NCBI GenBank assembly: GCA_018711385.1
Contig: DVIK01000058.1
Location: forward strand, 585-64,584
Reading direction: 5' to 3'
DNA length: 64,000 nucleotides
Source of the DNA: Candidatus Coproplasma avistercoris
Lineage (GTDB): Bacteria > Bacillota > Clostridia > Christensenellales > Borkfalkiaceae
Below are positions 1-9,756 of the stretch, piece after piece; positions within the stretch are counted from its first letter, which is position 1; each line of letters begins with the position of its first letter. The notes beneath the pieces are model-generated. The model was not told the origin of the DNA. It saw only the letters and a program-made list of their open reading frames with translations, and searched no databases. The translations under genes and the position numbers were made by a program.

Positions 1-1194
1 CACAAAGGTGTGGCTGCCGTCCTTTTCCCACTGCTTTATCTTGTCGCCTATGAACTTGAAGCCCACGGGCACTTCGAACAGCTCCACGCCGAACTTGTTG
101 CATATCGCGCGCGCCATGCCCGTAGTCACGAACGACTTCACCACGGCGGCGTTTGCAGGCAGTTTGCCCTCTTCTTTCAGCCTCGTGAGGATGTAATCGA
201 GCAGCAATATGCCCACCTGATTGCCCGAAAGCGCCTCAAACTCTCCGCTCTTGTTCTTTACGGCAACGCCCAGCCTGTCGCTGTCGGGGTCGGTGCCGAA
301 CACAACGGTGGCGCCTATCTTTTCGGCAAGCGCTATGCCCATGGAGAGCGTCTCTTTGAACTCGGGGTTGGGAACCTGTACGGTGGAAAAATCGGGGTCT
401 TTCGCCGTCTGTTCCTTAACCACAGTGGCGTTTATTCCTATCTTTTTGAGTATGGTCATTACGGGGATATATCCCGAGCCGTGCACGGGCGTATATACCA
501 GTTTCAGGTCTTTGCCGCAGCGCTTTACCGCCTCCTTGGAGAGGGTGAGCCTGGTGAGCGCCTTGTAATACTTTCTGTCCACCGAAGCGGGAACTAGCCT
601 GCAGAACTTTCTGCGCTGTTCCTCGGTGGGTTCGGGTGCGCCGAGGTAATCGGTCTGCTTCTCTATAAATCCGACTACCTTTTCGGTATCCTCGGGGTTC
701 ATCTGCGCGCCGTCCTCGCCGTAGACTTTGTAGCCGTTGTATTGTTTTGGATTGTGCGAGGCGGTAATCATTATGCCGGCCACCGTTTTAAGGCAGCGCA
801 CCGCAAACGAGAGCATGGGCACGGGATGCACGTCGGTGAACAGGTACGAGCGTATGCCGTTTGCCGCAAGCACGTCGGCGGCCGCGCGCGCAAATTCGTC
901 CGATTTAAGGCGGGTGTCGTAGGAGATGGCCACGCCGCGCTTCATTGCCGCTTCGCCCAGCGTCTTTATGAATTCGGCAAGCCCCTGCGTGGCGCGCTTT
1001 ACGGTATATATGTTCATCATGTTGGTGCCGTAGCCGATTATGCCGCGCAGTCCCGCCGTGCCGAACGCAAGCTCCGCGCCGAAGCGGTACTCTATCTCTT
1101 CCTTATTTTCCTTTATGCCTTCAAGTTCCGCCCTGCCCTCGCCGCACAGGCGTCCGTCCGAAAGCCATTTGTTGTAAATTTCGATATGATCCAT
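1..1194 (-). CDS. phosphoglucomutase/phosphomannomutase-family phosphohexomutase (N-terminal 398 codons; 3' end beyond window)
   Basis: Not in the ORF track because there is no stop inside the window. My reverse translation from ATG 1194 (GGGAGG at 1199-1204) reads MDHIEIYNKWLSDGRL... The in-frame phosphoserine loop GIMITASHNPKQYN is encoded at 737-780. Track ORFs 10..597 and 742..1230 (+) are antisense shadows. Confidence 0.85.
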   Translation of the reverse strand, partial: MDHIEIYNKWLSDGRLCGEGRAELEGIKENKEEIEYRFGAELAFGTAGLRGIIGYGTNMMNIYTVKRATQGLAEFIKTLGEAAMKRGVAISYDTRLKSDEFARAAADVLAANGIRSYLFTDVHPVPMLSFAVRCLKTVAGIMITASHNPKQYNGYKVYGEDGAQMNPEDTEKVVGFIEKQTDYLGAPEPTEEQRRKFCRLVPASVDRKYYKALTRLTLSKEAVKRCGKDLKLVYTPVHGSGYIPVMTILKKIGINATVVKEQTAKDPDFSTVQVPNPEFKETLSMGIALAEKIGATVVFGTDPDSDRLGVAVKNKSGEFEALSGNQVGILLLDYILTRLKEEGKLPANAAVVKSFVTTGMARAICNKFGVELFEVPVGFKFIGDKIKQWEKDGSHTFV

Positions 1195-1375
1195 AATTCC
1201 TCCCATAATTTACGCATTGCAGTGCGGTAAAAATGACCGCCGAAACCGCGCCCGTTACCGAACGGACGCAAGGTATCCGTATTCTTCTATATAATTATAT
1301 AAAATAATTCAGGCTTTGTAAAGGGGGTATGTTAAAATTATTGCTCGGAAATTAAAAATTTCGCGGGCATACATA

Positions 1376-1409
1376 TAAAAAACGCGCGGCGCACTGCCGT
1401 GCGCCGCGC
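1376..1409 (-). terminator. rho-independent terminator after membrane-protein gene
   Basis: 11-bp stem GCGCGGCGCAC/GTGCGCCGCGC (1384-1394/1399-1409) with a 4-nt loop. The A-run at 1376-1382 is a U-tract on the minus strand. Confidence 0.7.
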
Positions 1410-1424
1410 CGTAAGCCGCATCGT

Positions 1425-2384
1425 TTATTCGCCTCGCAGAAACTCCTCGCGCGAGGTCTGTTTTTCGTGTTCGGGCTTTACTATGGTGCGTTTATCGGTG
1501 AAGTACTTTATCTCGTTGCTGTCGCAGTAGTTGACGAACTGATAGCATAAAAGGTACAGGTAGCTCAGCGGCACGGTTATTATCAGCGCCGCTCCGAACG
1601 AGCCGAGCGCGCCCAGCACGTTCACCGCAAGGATGAGCACGCACGAGGAAGCGAAGAAGGAAAACACCGCAAACGAATTGCCGCTCCTGCGCGAAAAGGA
1701 GTATCTGAACGCCTGCACCACGCTCTGTTTGCCGCATATTATCGCCGGCAGCCAGTCGGATATCAGCATCATTTTAAGGCCTATCAGCAGCACCATGCAC
1801 AGTGTGAACAGGCAGAGCTGTATAAGCAGGAACAATCCGTCGAACGCTATGAACAGCAGCACGAACAGCAGGGCCACGCTCACTACGGTGTAGACAAAGG
1901 ATACCGCCACGTATATCACCGAATAGAGCGCCGCTTTGCCCAGGTTCTTTATCAGCGTGGCAACAAAGGGCGCATTCGCCTGCATTGCCATCTTGTCGTT
2001 TATCAGCGAGCCTGCCGCATAATTGCCCAGGCCTATAAAGAACCCGCTTATCAGCGAAACCACTCCCATGCCCGCGATCGTCATGACGAGTTCGCCGGGG
2101 TGTTCGCCCAGATAGGTCATCAGCCCTTCGAATCCTTCCTTTATGTCGGAAAAATACAGCGAAAGGTCTGCAAGGTTGCCCTTGAGTATGTCGGTAAGCA
2201 TGGCGTTGAACGCGCCCGTCAGCTCCTCGAACGCGCTCACGTCGGAAAGGCTGCCCACAAACGGCACTATTATCGCAGCGGAAAGCCCGAAGGTTATCGC
2301 CGCGACTATCAGCACGTATACGAGCAGCTTATACGTAACGCGGAAATTGTCTATCAGAACATGAACTGTGTGTTTGAATCTCAT
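1425..2384 (-). CDS. polytopic membrane protein, unknown function
   Basis: Track ORF 1425..2405. I moved the start to ATG 2384 (MRFKHTV...) because AAAGAGGA lies 4 nt upstream. Several long hydrophobic segments; no family recognised. Confidence 0.6.
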   Translation of the reverse strand: MRFKHTVHVLIDNFRVTYKLLVYVLIVAAITFGLSAAIIVPFVGSLSDVSAFEELTGAFNAMLTDILKGNLADLSLYFSDIKEGFEGLMTYLGEHPGELVMTIAGMGVVSLISGFFIGLGNYAAGSLINDKMAMQANAPFVATLIKNLGKAALYSVIYVAVSFVYTVVSVALLFVLLFIAFDGLFLLIQLCLFTLCMVLLIGLKMMLISDWLPAIICGKQSVVQAFRYSFSRRSGNSFAVFSFFASSCVLILAVNVLGALGSFGAALIITVPLSYLYLLCYQFVNYCDSNEIKYFTDKRTIVKPEHEKQTSREEFLRGE

Positions 2385-2394
2385 AATGTCCTCT

Positions 2395-2868
2395 TTAAGT
2401 TTCAAGCATAACTATCTTTTCCACGGCTTTGCCGTTGTGCAGCGCAAGGTAGCAGTAGCTGTTCATGCCGTAGCGCGTAAGGTTGCCGGGGTTTATCAGT
2501 TTCACGCCGTCAAGTTCGTCGACGCGCGCCTCGTGAGTGTGCCCGTAAAGCGCCACTGTGCAGCCGCGCTCCTTTGCGGCGGCTGCCAGCCTTGCAAGGG
2601 TCTGCTTTACCGAATAGTTATGTCCGTGGCACATGAATATTTTAACGCCCTCTGCTTCCAGCACCCGCTCGTCGTCGCCCATCTTGTCAAGGTCGCAGTT
2701 TCCGTTTATCACTATCGTCTTTTGCGGGTATTTGCCCCGCACATATCCGCCGTCCGTCGAAAGGTCTCCCAGGTGCACTATGAAGTCGCACTCGGCAAAA
2801 AGCCCGTCCAGCCTGTCCAGGGCTGCCCGGTTGCGGTGGCTGTCTGAAACTATTATTATCGATTTCAT
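2395..2868 (-). CDS. YfcE/MJ0936-type metallophosphoesterase
   Basis: 157 aa with motifs IIIVSDSH, HLGD, GNCD, CHGH and GHTH, as in calcineurin-like phosphoesterases. Confidence 0.8.
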   Translation of the reverse strand: MKSIIIVSDSHRNRAALDRLDGLFAECDFIVHLGDLSTDGGYVRGKYPQKTIVINGNCDLDKMGDDERVLEAEGVKIFMCHGHNYSVKQTLARLAAAAKERGCTVALYGHTHEARVDELDGVKLINPGNLTRYGMNSYCYLALHNGKAVEKIVMLET

Positions 2869-2907
2869 GTATTTCGACCGTGTCGCAGTATTTGCCTGTG
2901 CCGTCCG

Positions 2908-3489
2908 TTATCCGAGCAGTTCCAGCTTCTGCATCAGGTCTTTCAATGCCCTCGCCCTGTGCGAAACTTTGTTTTTTTCGCGCGCGGTCGCCTCGCCGAA
3001 GCTCTTTTCAAGGTCGTCGGAAAAGAACAGCGGGTCGTAGCCGAAGCCGCGCGTGCCGCGCTCCTCCTCGAGTATCCTGCCGTCCGTCCTGCCCACGCCG
3101 AACAGCATGCGCCCGTCGGGCAGGTACAGGCACACCGCGCATTCGAAGTGCGCGCGCCTGTCGTGTGCGTCCCGCATGCGCTTCAGCAGCAGCTGCCTGT
3201 TGCCGCTGTCGCCCTCGCCCGAAAAGCGTGCGGAGTATATGCCGGGCGCGCCGCCCAAAAAGTCTACGCACAGCCCCGAATCGTCTGCCAGCGCAGGCTT
3301 GCCCAGCCTCCGGCATACCGTCCTCGCCTTTATCAGCGCGTTTTCGCGGAAGGAGGAGCCCGTCTCTTCGATCTCCTCGTCGAACCCCGCTTCGCGCATG
3401 GGGATTATGCTCGCGCCCCTGAAGATCTTTTCGATCTCGCGAATCTTGCCCGTGTTGCCGCTTGCCGCAATAATTTCTTCAATTTTCAT
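2908..3489 (-). CDS. rdgB: non-canonical purine NTP pyrophosphatase (dITP/XTP), RdgB/Ham1 family
   Basis: 193 aa with ASGNTGKIREI, SFRENALIKA, DDSGLCVD, PGIYSARF and FGYDPLF motifs. Confidence 0.85.
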   Translation of the reverse strand: MKIEEIIAASGNTGKIREIEKIFRGASIIPMREAGFDEEIEETGSSFRENALIKARTVCRRLGKPALADDSGLCVDFLGGAPGIYSARFSGEGDSGNRQLLLKRMRDAHDRRAHFECAVCLYLPDGRMLFGVGRTDGRILEEERGTRGFGYDPLFFSDDLEKSFGEATAREKNKVSHRARALKDLMQKLELLG

Positions 3490-3601
3490 CGTTCCGCCTC
3501 ATATCGTTGATCCGCGCGTGCGCGCCGCGCAGTGCGGGCAATCCGCTGCCCGACTCTATTATACACCACCCGCGCGCAAATGTAAAGAACTAATTTTGCG
3601 G

Positions 3602-4093
3602 TTACCAGCGGTGCCGGTGCAGCTGTCCCTCGCATTCGAGCCCGCAGAATCCGTTCTGCCGCAGCGCTTCGTACACGGCTATCGCCGCCGAATTGGAAAG
3701 ATTCAGGCTGCGCGCTTCGGCGATCATGGGTATGCGCACGCAGCTTTCCCGGTTTTCAAGCAGCAGCTCTTCGTCCAGCCCTTTCGTCTCCTTCCCGAAC
3801 ACGAGGAAGTCTCCCGGGCGGTAACTTACGTCGGTGTAGCGCTTTTTTGCCTTTGTGGTAAAAAAGAAGAAGCGTGCCTGCGGATATTCTGCCCGAAGCT
3901 GCGCAAAATTTTCGTATATGCGCACGTCTACAAGGTGCCAGTAGTCCAGTCCCGCGCGCTTTAAGTACCTGTCGGAAATTTCAAACCCGAGCGGCTTTAT
4001 AAGGTGCAGCGCGCACCCCGTCGCCGCGCACGTGCGCGCAATGTTGCCGGTATTCTGCGGTATCTCCGGCTCTACAAGAACAATGTTGAACAT
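3602..4093 (-). CDS. trmL: tRNA (cytidine/uridine-34 2'-O)-methyltransferase, SpoU/TrmL type
   Basis: 163 aa. N-terminus MFNIVLVEPEIPQNTGNIARTCAATG; C-terminal knot motif SLNLSNSAAIAVYEA. Confidence 0.8.
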   Translation of the reverse strand: MFNIVLVEPEIPQNTGNIARTCAATGCALHLIKPLGFEISDRYLKRAGLDYWHLVDVRIYENFAQLRAEYPQARFFFFTTKAKKRYTDVSYRPGDFLVFGKETKGLDEELLLENRESCVRIPMIAEARSLNLSNSAAIAVYEALRQNGFCGLECEGQLHRHRW

Positions 4094-4156
4094 ACATGTA
4101 TTTTAGTGCATTTTGCGCGCTTTTGCAAGCGCGTTGCCGCATTTTGCTTCAATTCC

Positions 4157-4185
4157 TTGACAAGCTCTCTCCGCGATGATATAAT
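4157..4185 (+). promoter_or_regulatory. sigma-A type promoter of the Fur-family/rubrerythrin pair
   Basis: TTGACA (4157-4162), 17-nt spacer, TATAAT (4180-4185). Confidence 0.65.
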
Positions 4186-4206
4186 ACTGATAATCAATAC
4201 TATTAT
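4181..4206. promoter_or_regulatory. AT-rich palindromic operator candidate (Fur/PerR-box-like) overlapping the -10
   Basis: ATAATACTGATAATCAATACTATTAT. The outer arms ATAATA/TATTAT are exact inverted repeats; the inner TGATAATCA resembles a Fur-box half-site. Confidence 0.45.
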
Positions 4207-4235
4207 ATTGGCGCGGGTGCGCCTTAAAGAGAGCG

Positions 4236-4637
4236 ATGAAGAGACAGAGGAATACCGCGCAGAAGAGGATGATCCTCGGCGCGCTTGAGTATGCCGACCA
4301 CCCCACCGCGACCGAGCTTTACGAGATGGTGCGGCAGAAAAACGAACATATAAGCAAGGCCACCGTGTTCAGGGTGCTCGCCCAGTCGGCGGAAAACGGC
4401 GACATACTCAAAGTGCATCTGTGCGGCACGGACGAGCGCTACGACGCCACTATAATGCCTCATGCGCACGTCAGGTGCGTCTATTGCGGCAAAATAAAGG
4501 ACGTCAGCATGCCGTGGATGGGCGAAATTTTCGGCACCAAAGAGGCAGAGGGATTTGAAATTTTTTCGGCGGAGCTGGATTTTTCGGGCTGTTGCCCGGA
4601 CTGTGCCGTCCGTCGCGCGGCAAGCCAGGGGCAATGA
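4236..4637 (+). CDS. Fur-family metalloregulator (PerR-like by context)
   Basis: 133 aa. N-terminal winged helix (RNTAQKRMILGAL...ATVFRVL), an HAHxxC region, and CxxC pairs (CVYCG, CPDCA). Confidence 0.8.
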   Translation: MKRQRNTAQKRMILGALEYADHPTATELYEMVRQKNEHISKATVFRVLAQSAENGDILKVHLCGTDERYDATIMPHAHVRCVYCGKIKDVSMPWMGEIFGTKEAEGFEIFSAELDFSGCCPDCAVRRAASQGQ

Positions 4638-4681
4638 TGCGGCGTACGCCGCTTCGTTAAATAAAATAACCGGAGGATAAT

Positions 4682-5218
4682 ATGAAGGAACTCAAGGGAA
4701 CCAGAACGGAACAGAACCTGCGCGCGGCGTTTTCCGGCGAAAGCGAGGCCCGCAATAAGTACACTTACTTTGCTTCCGTGGCAAAGAAGGAGGGATACAA
4801 TCAGATAGCGGCCATATTCGAAGAGACGGCGGGCAACGAAAAGGAGCACGCCAAGATGTGGTTCAAGCTGCTCAAAGGCATAGGCGACACAAAGGCCAAC
4901 CTCGTTTCGGCGGCGGGCGGCGAAAATTACGAGTGGACGCAGATGTACCCCGAATTTGCGCGCGTGGCCAGGGAGGAGGGCTTTGACGAGATAGCCGGCA
5001 TGTTCGAGCGCGTCGCCGAAGTGGAAAAGGAGCACGAGGAGCGCTATAAAAAGCTGCTTGCAAACGTGGAGGGCGGCAAGGTGTTCATCAGCGACGACGT
5101 GGTGTTGTGGCAGTGCACCAACTGCGGCGCGATAGTCATTGGCAAGGAGGCGCCCGAGGTCTGCCCCGTGTGCGCGCACCCCAAGGCCTACTTCCAGCGC
5201 AAACCCGAAAATTACTGA
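4682..5218 (+). CDS. rbr: rubrerythrin
   Basis: 178 aa. Di-iron ferritin-like half with two EKEH motifs, plus a C-terminal rubredoxin CTNCG...CPVCA. Confidence 0.9.
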   Translation: MKELKGTRTEQNLRAAFSGESEARNKYTYFASVAKKEGYNQIAAIFEETAGNEKEHAKMWFKLLKGIGDTKANLVSAAGGENYEWTQMYPEFARVAREEGFDEIAGMFERVAEVEKEHEERYKKLLANVEGGKVFISDDVVLWQCTNCGAIVIGKEAPEVCPVCAHPKAYFQRKPENY

Positions 5219-5231
5219 AAATAAAAAATAA

Positions 5232-5264
5232 GGCGGGCGCCCGGTTCGGGCGCCCGCCGTTTTA
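5232..5264. terminator. bidirectional rho-independent terminator
   Basis: 12-bp stem GGCGGGCGCCCG/CGGGCGCCCGCC (5232-5243/5247-5258). A-rich 5' flank and T-rich 3' flank, between convergent rbr and GDPD genes. Confidence 0.8.
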
Positions 5265-5294
5265 TGCCGTCTGTACCTGAATGTTATTCCGCAT

Positions 5295-6056
5295 TCATGC
5301 CTTTGAGGTGAAGTTGGAAAACAGGCTTTCGAATATTATGTTGTCGGCAAAGTTCACCGCTTTGCTCACCCGTTCGGCGGTATTTACCGTCCACGCCAAC
5401 ACCTGAACGCCGTGCTTGCGTTGCTTTGTGACGTATCTGTTGGGCAGGTAGGCTATGTCGTACGAAATAAAATCGGCGTGCATGTACCATTTGAACAGTT
5501 TGAGCGTGCGCAACACATAGCTTATGAATCTGTGGTTTTTCAGCAGATTGTACGAGCTGAGATATCCCACGGCATAGTCCTTGCTGTGCGCCTTCAGCCA
5601 GCGCACTATCTTGGGGTGGAAGGACTGCATTGCGACCATGTCCTTATAGGGGTAGCTTTCGAGCTGTTCGAGCAGCACTTCGCCCTGCTTTTCGTTGAAC
5701 GCGCGCCTGAATTTTATCTCTATCAGCAGGGGGACGCGCCCGTCTACAAGTTCGAGAACTTCCCTGAGCATGGGGATGTGCTGGCCGTCTTTCAGCCTGT
5801 ATTCTTTAAGCTGCCCGGATGTAAGCGATTCCACTATGCCGCCCTTGCCCGTCATGCGGGAAAGCAGACTGTCGTGTATGACCGCAAGGTCGCCGTCCTT
5901 CGTAAGGTGCACGTCTATCTCTATGGGATAGCCCTTTTCGATGGCCAGTCTGAACGCCTCCATCGAATTCTCGCATACCGTGTCGGAATGCAGGCCCCTG
6001 TGAGCAATGGGACGGTCTATGAAGTTTTCGTTGAGCCTTTTCTTTGTCTTCCTCAT
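5295..6056 (-). CDS. glycerophosphodiester phosphodiesterase (GDPD family)
   Basis: Track ORF 5295..6188. I place the start at ATG 6056 (MRKTKKRL...), preceded by AAGGGAG. Motifs IAHRGL, ENSMEAF and EIDVHLTKDGDLAVIHD. Confidence 0.8.
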   Translation of the reverse strand: MRKTKKRLNENFIDRPIAHRGLHSDTVCENSMEAFRLAIEKGYPIEIDVHLTKDGDLAVIHDSLLSRMTGKGGIVESLTSGQLKEYRLKDGQHIPMLREVLELVDGRVPLLIEIKFRRAFNEKQGEVLLEQLESYPYKDMVAMQSFHPKIVRWLKAHSKDYAVGYLSSYNLLKNHRFISYVLRTLKLFKWYMHADFISYDIAYLPNRYVTKQRKHGVQVLAWTVNTAERVSKAVNFADNIIFESLFSNFTSKA

Positions 6057-6280
6057 ATCTCGCTCCCTTAAAACGTTGCCTGCGATCATCCGGCGCGGGC
6101 GAAAGTTTTGTGCCGCATGCCGATCAGCCTGCGTGCGGAAAGATCCTTTAAGTAACATAATTATATATGCGTCGCAGCCAAAAGTCAACCGGCGGGAGGT
6201 GAAATTGCGAACATTTTATGTAAAAATCTGCCGCGCATGCGGATTACGGAAGTTTTTGACGCAAAATTTTCTTTTGACTA

Positions 6281-6309
6281 TTGCAATTGCTCCCGGTTTG
6301 GTGTATAAT
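6281..6309 (+). promoter_or_regulatory. sigma-A type promoter of degV-family gene
   Basis: TTGCAA (6281-6286), 17 nt, TATAAT (6304-6309), with TG at -15/-14. Confidence 0.55.
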
Positions 6310-6377
6310 CAACGTAACGCCGTGCATTTGCGCGCAACGCGCGCAGATGCGGCTCAAAGTTTTTTATTCGGAGTACT

Positions 6378-7277
6378 ATGGAGAAAAAATTCACATTATC
6401 TACAGATTCCACTTGCGATCTGTACGCCTCGTTCGTAAAGGAGCACGACATAAAGTTCGTAAGCCTTTGCTATACTATAGAGGATTCGAAGGGCAACATC
6501 ACCGAGGGGACCGACAACTTTACCGACTATTCGCAGTATAAGGATTTCTATGCGCAGTTGCGTACGGGCAGTTTTTCGCGCACGTCCATGCTCAACTACG
6601 AAAGCCACCTTTCGCACTTCACCCGCCTCGCGGAAGAAGGGGCGGAGGACGTCGTTCATTTCACTATATCCAGCGGTCTTTCGCCTACCGTCGATGTGGC
6701 GAACAAGGCTGCTGCGGACGTAAAGAAGAAGTTTCCCGGGTTCAACGTCTATGCCGTCGATTCGCTCGCGGCGACAATAGGTCAGGGCGCGCTCGTAAGG
6801 GCGGCGTTGCGCATGCGCGACGAGGGCAGGACCGCCGAAGAGACGGTGGCCTATGTCAGTGACCTGCGCTTCAGGATTCAGTACATGATAGCCGTCAACG
6901 ACCTCTATTACTTGAAGCGCGGCGGCAGAGTGTCCTCCATGACGGCGATAGCGGGCACCGTGCTGGGCATAAAGCCCATACTTTCGTTCACGCGCGAAGG
7001 CAAGCTCGAGGTGGTGGACAAGGTGCGCGGCATGAAGCGCGCGTTCGCGCTGGCGCTCGACAAAATGGAGCGCTTCCCGCCCGTAAAGGAAAACGAGCTG
7101 ATCTGGATAGTACATACCGACGCCGAGGCTGAGGCGGCGGAGCTTGCCGACCTTATAGAGCGCAAGACGGGCTTTAAGCCCGACGTCAGCATAATGGGGC
7201 CGGTGATAGGCTCGCACGTCGGCCCGGGCGCCGTGGCGGTGCTGTGGAAGTCTGCCGAAGAGAGGAGCGACGGCTGA
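6378..7277 (+). CDS. DegV-family fatty-acid-binding protein
   Basis: 299 aa. N-terminal LSTDSTCDL and the overall DegV pattern (GTVLGIKPIL, GPVIGSHVGPGAVAV). Confidence 0.85.
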   Translation: MEKKFTLSTDSTCDLYASFVKEHDIKFVSLCYTIEDSKGNITEGTDNFTDYSQYKDFYAQLRTGSFSRTSMLNYESHLSHFTRLAEEGAEDVVHFTISSGLSPTVDVANKAAADVKKKFPGFNVYAVDSLAATIGQGALVRAALRMRDEGRTAEETVAYVSDLRFRIQYMIAVNDLYYLKRGGRVSSMTAIAGTVLGIKPILSFTREGKLEVVDKVRGMKRAFALALDKMERFPPVKENELIWIVHTDAEAEAAELADLIERKTGFKPDVSIMGPVIGSHVGPGAVAVLWKSAEERSDG

Positions 7278-7336
7278 TCGGATGCCCGTTAAATCGGGCA
7301 TATACGCAGTGCAATTAATGATTTTCAGGTAGGGTA

Positions 7337-7384
7337 AAGCCCGCCGCGCAGCTTTCGCTGCGCGGCGGGCTTGCCGTTTTTTTA
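7337..7384 (+). terminator. rho-independent terminator after degV-family gene
   Basis: 15-bp stem AAGCCCGCCGCGCAG/CTGCGCGGCGGGCTT followed by a T-run. Confidence 0.8.
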
Positions 7385-7392
7385 TTGCCGGT

Positions 7393-8610
7393 TTACTTTA
7401 TTTCAAGCAGCCTGTCGATAAGGGTATAGCCGTTTTCTATGAATATGCCCGTTCTCTCAGCCTCGTCCTCGGTATATCGCCGCGCGCCGTTGCCGAGGTC
7501 GCGCGTGTTTGTGTATATCATGTAGGGAACGGGGTCGGAGACGTGCGTCTTTATCGCGCAGGGGGTGGGGTGATCGGGGCAGATCAGCAGACAGTATTCC
7601 TCACCCGCCCTTTCAAGCTCCTCTTTAAGCGTCTTTATTACCACGCCGTCTATCTGTTCGATCGAATATATCTTACGTTCAATGTCGCCGTGATGCCCGC
7701 ATTCGTCGGGCGCCTCCATATGTATGTACACATAGTCCAGTCCGCCGCCCGTAAGCGCGTCGGCGGCGGCCAGCGCCTTGCCGCGGAAGTTGGTGTCGTA
7801 GTTGCCCGTGGCGCCTTCGACGGGTATGAACTTCATCCCCGCAAGCAGCGCGATGCCCTTCACCAGGTCTACCGCCGATATCACGCCGCCCTTCAGTCCC
7901 GTCTTTTGCGTAAAACCGGCAAGCGCGGGCTTTGTGCCCTCGCCCCACAGCCACAGGCTGTTTGCGGGGTTTTTGCCCTCGGCTATGCGCCTTCTGTTCA
8001 CGGGGTGGTCTTTGAGCAGCTCATAGCTGCGCCTCATCATCGCAAGATATGCCGCACCGTTTTTGCCCTTGGGCAGGTAGGCAGCTATCTTTTTATCGGA
8101 GATGTCGTGCGGGGGCGTAAGGTCGTGCCCCGTTGCGCCGTCCTTTACCACAAGGCAGTGGCGGTACGATATCCCCGGGTAAAGGGTGAACCCGTCGCCG
8201 TCCAGCTCTTTTTTGAGGTACTCTATCAGTTCGCGCGCCTCTTCGGTGGAGATCTCCCCCGCCGAATAGTCGGCCATCGTCAGCTGCTCGAAGCTGCCTC
8301 CGCCCGAAAGCGTGACAAGGTTGGCGCGCAGCGTCACATCGGTTTCATTAAGGGGTATTCCCATGGCAACCGCTTCGAGGGGCGAACGCCCGGTGTAGTA
8401 TTTTGCAGGGTCGAAGCCGAGCACCGACATGTTGGCCACGTCGCTCCCGGGCTTGAACCCTTCCGGCACTGTGCGGAACCTGCCCAGCTCCGCTTTGGGC
8501 GCAAGTGCGTCCATCACGGGAGTGCGGGCGCTTTCAAGGCAGGTCTTGCCGCCGAGGGCGGGTATCTTCCAATCGGCCATTCCGTCGCCGAGTATCACTG
8601 CATATTTCAT
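7393..8610 (-). CDS. ApgM-family cofactor-independent phosphoglycerate mutase / proposed homoserine kinase family (alkaline-phosphatase superfamily)
   Basis: Track ORF 7393..8646. I place the start at ATG 8610 (MKYAVILGDGMAD...), preceded by GGAGGAG. Metal-site motifs DGMAD and HMEAPDECGHHGD. Confidence 0.75.
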   Translation of the reverse strand: MKYAVILGDGMADWKIPALGGKTCLESARTPVMDALAPKAELGRFRTVPEGFKPGSDVANMSVLGFDPAKYYTGRSPLEAVAMGIPLNETDVTLRANLVTLSGGGSFEQLTMADYSAGEISTEEARELIEYLKKELDGDGFTLYPGISYRHCLVVKDGATGHDLTPPHDISDKKIAAYLPKGKNGAAYLAMMRRSYELLKDHPVNRRRIAEGKNPANSLWLWGEGTKPALAGFTQKTGLKGGVISAVDLVKGIALLAGMKFIPVEGATGNYDTNFRGKALAAADALTGGGLDYVYIHMEAPDECGHHGDIERKIYSIEQIDGVVIKTLKEELERAGEEYCLLICPDHPTPCAIKTHVSDPVPYMIYTNTRDLGNGARRYTEDEAERTGIFIENGYTLIDRLLEIK

Positions 8611-8659
8611 ATCTCCTCCGTAAGCAGATGCCGTTAGTTTCGGCATATCATGCGGTCGT

Positions 8660-9328
8660 TCAATCGTTTAAGTCCCAGTCAACGGGCGGCTTGCCGTGCT
8701 TTTCGAGGTACGCGTTGCACTTGGAAAAGCATCTGCTGCCGAAAAACCCGTTGTATGCCGAGAGCGGCGAGGGATGCGCGCTCTCCAGAATATAGTGTTC
8801 GCCATCAATAAGCCCGCGCTTGGAGCGGGCGTTGCCTCCCCACAGTATGAACACGGTGTTGCGCGTGTGCTGCGATATCAGCTTTATCACGCCGTCGGTG
8901 AACCACTGCCAGCCGCAGCCCGCGTGCGAATTTGCCCTGTGCTCGCGCACGGTGAGCGTGGTGTTCAGAAGAAGTACGCCCTGTTTTGCCCACTTGGTGA
9001 GGTCGCCGCAGTTCGGCTCGGTTATCCTTAAGTCGCTCTTTATCTCCTTAAAAATGTTCTGCAGGGATGGCGGCAGCGGCACGCCGGGCTTCACCGAAAA
9101 GCACAGCCCGTGCGCCTGCCCCGGCTCGTGATAGGGATCCTGCCCAAGGATCACAACTTTCAGCTTATCAAGCGGCGTAAAGCGGAAGCAGTTGTACAGG
9201 TCGTACATGTCGGGGTAGACTATGTAGTGGCTGTATTCGTACTTTAAGAACTCGCGTATCTTTTTATATCTCTCGTCGGCAAACAGCGGCGCGAGCAGTT
9301 CGTCCCATCCCCCGCCAAGCGCTATCAT
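8660..9328 (-). CDS. ung: uracil-DNA glycosylase (family 1)
   Basis: Motifs GQDPYH and HPSPLSA. The start ATG 9328 overlaps the luxS stop as ATGA (9325-9328); the track ORF extends to 9361. Confidence 0.85.
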   Translation of the reverse strand: MIALGGGWDELLAPLFADERYKKIREFLKYEYSHYIVYPDMYDLYNCFRFTPLDKLKVVILGQDPYHEPGQAHGLCFSVKPGVPLPPSLQNIFKEIKSDLRITEPNCGDLTKWAKQGVLLLNTTLTVREHRANSHAGCGWQWFTDGVIKLISQHTRNTVFILWGGNARSKRGLIDGEHYILESAHPSPLSAYNGFFGSRCFSKCNAYLEKHGKPPVDWDLND

Positions 9329-9753
9329 ATCGCCTCCAGCACGGCAAGGTAGGCTGCGCACTCGCGCTTCGCTCCCTCCAGGTCGTGTTCAAGGTAGTTG
9401 CCGCACTCCTCGCGGCGGCTTCCGGGCACCTCGGAAAATTCAAGCGCCCCGGCAAACGCGCTGCGCAGCATGGGCAGCACGTCGCCGTCTGCAATGCCGT
9501 AAGTCAGCAGGTAAAAGCCGGTGCGGCAACCCATCGGGCCGAAGTATATTATGCCGTCGGCAAACTTTCCGTTGCGAAGCACGGTAGCAAGCACGTGCTC
9601 TATGGTGTGCAGCGCGCGCTGCTCTATGTAGTCGCCCGCGTTCGGCTTTTTGAAGCGCAGGTCCCAGGTGGTCACGCCGTGGCTTACGCCGCACTTGTGC
9701 AGCCCGGGGCTGAGCTTGTCGTGATCTTTGGAAAACGATGGTATCCTCTTCAT
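9325..9753 (-). CDS. luxS: S-ribosylhomocysteine lyase
   Basis: 142 aa with the HTIEH metal motif and GCRTGFY. Confidence 0.9.
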   Translation of the reverse strand: MKRIPSFSKDHDKLSPGLHKCGVSHGVTTWDLRFKKPNAGDYIEQRALHTIEHVLATVLRNGKFADGIIYFGPMGCRTGFYLLTYGIADGDVLPMLRSAFAGALEFSEVPGSRREECGNYLEHDLEGAKRECAAYLAVLEAI

Positions 9754-9756
9754 AAA

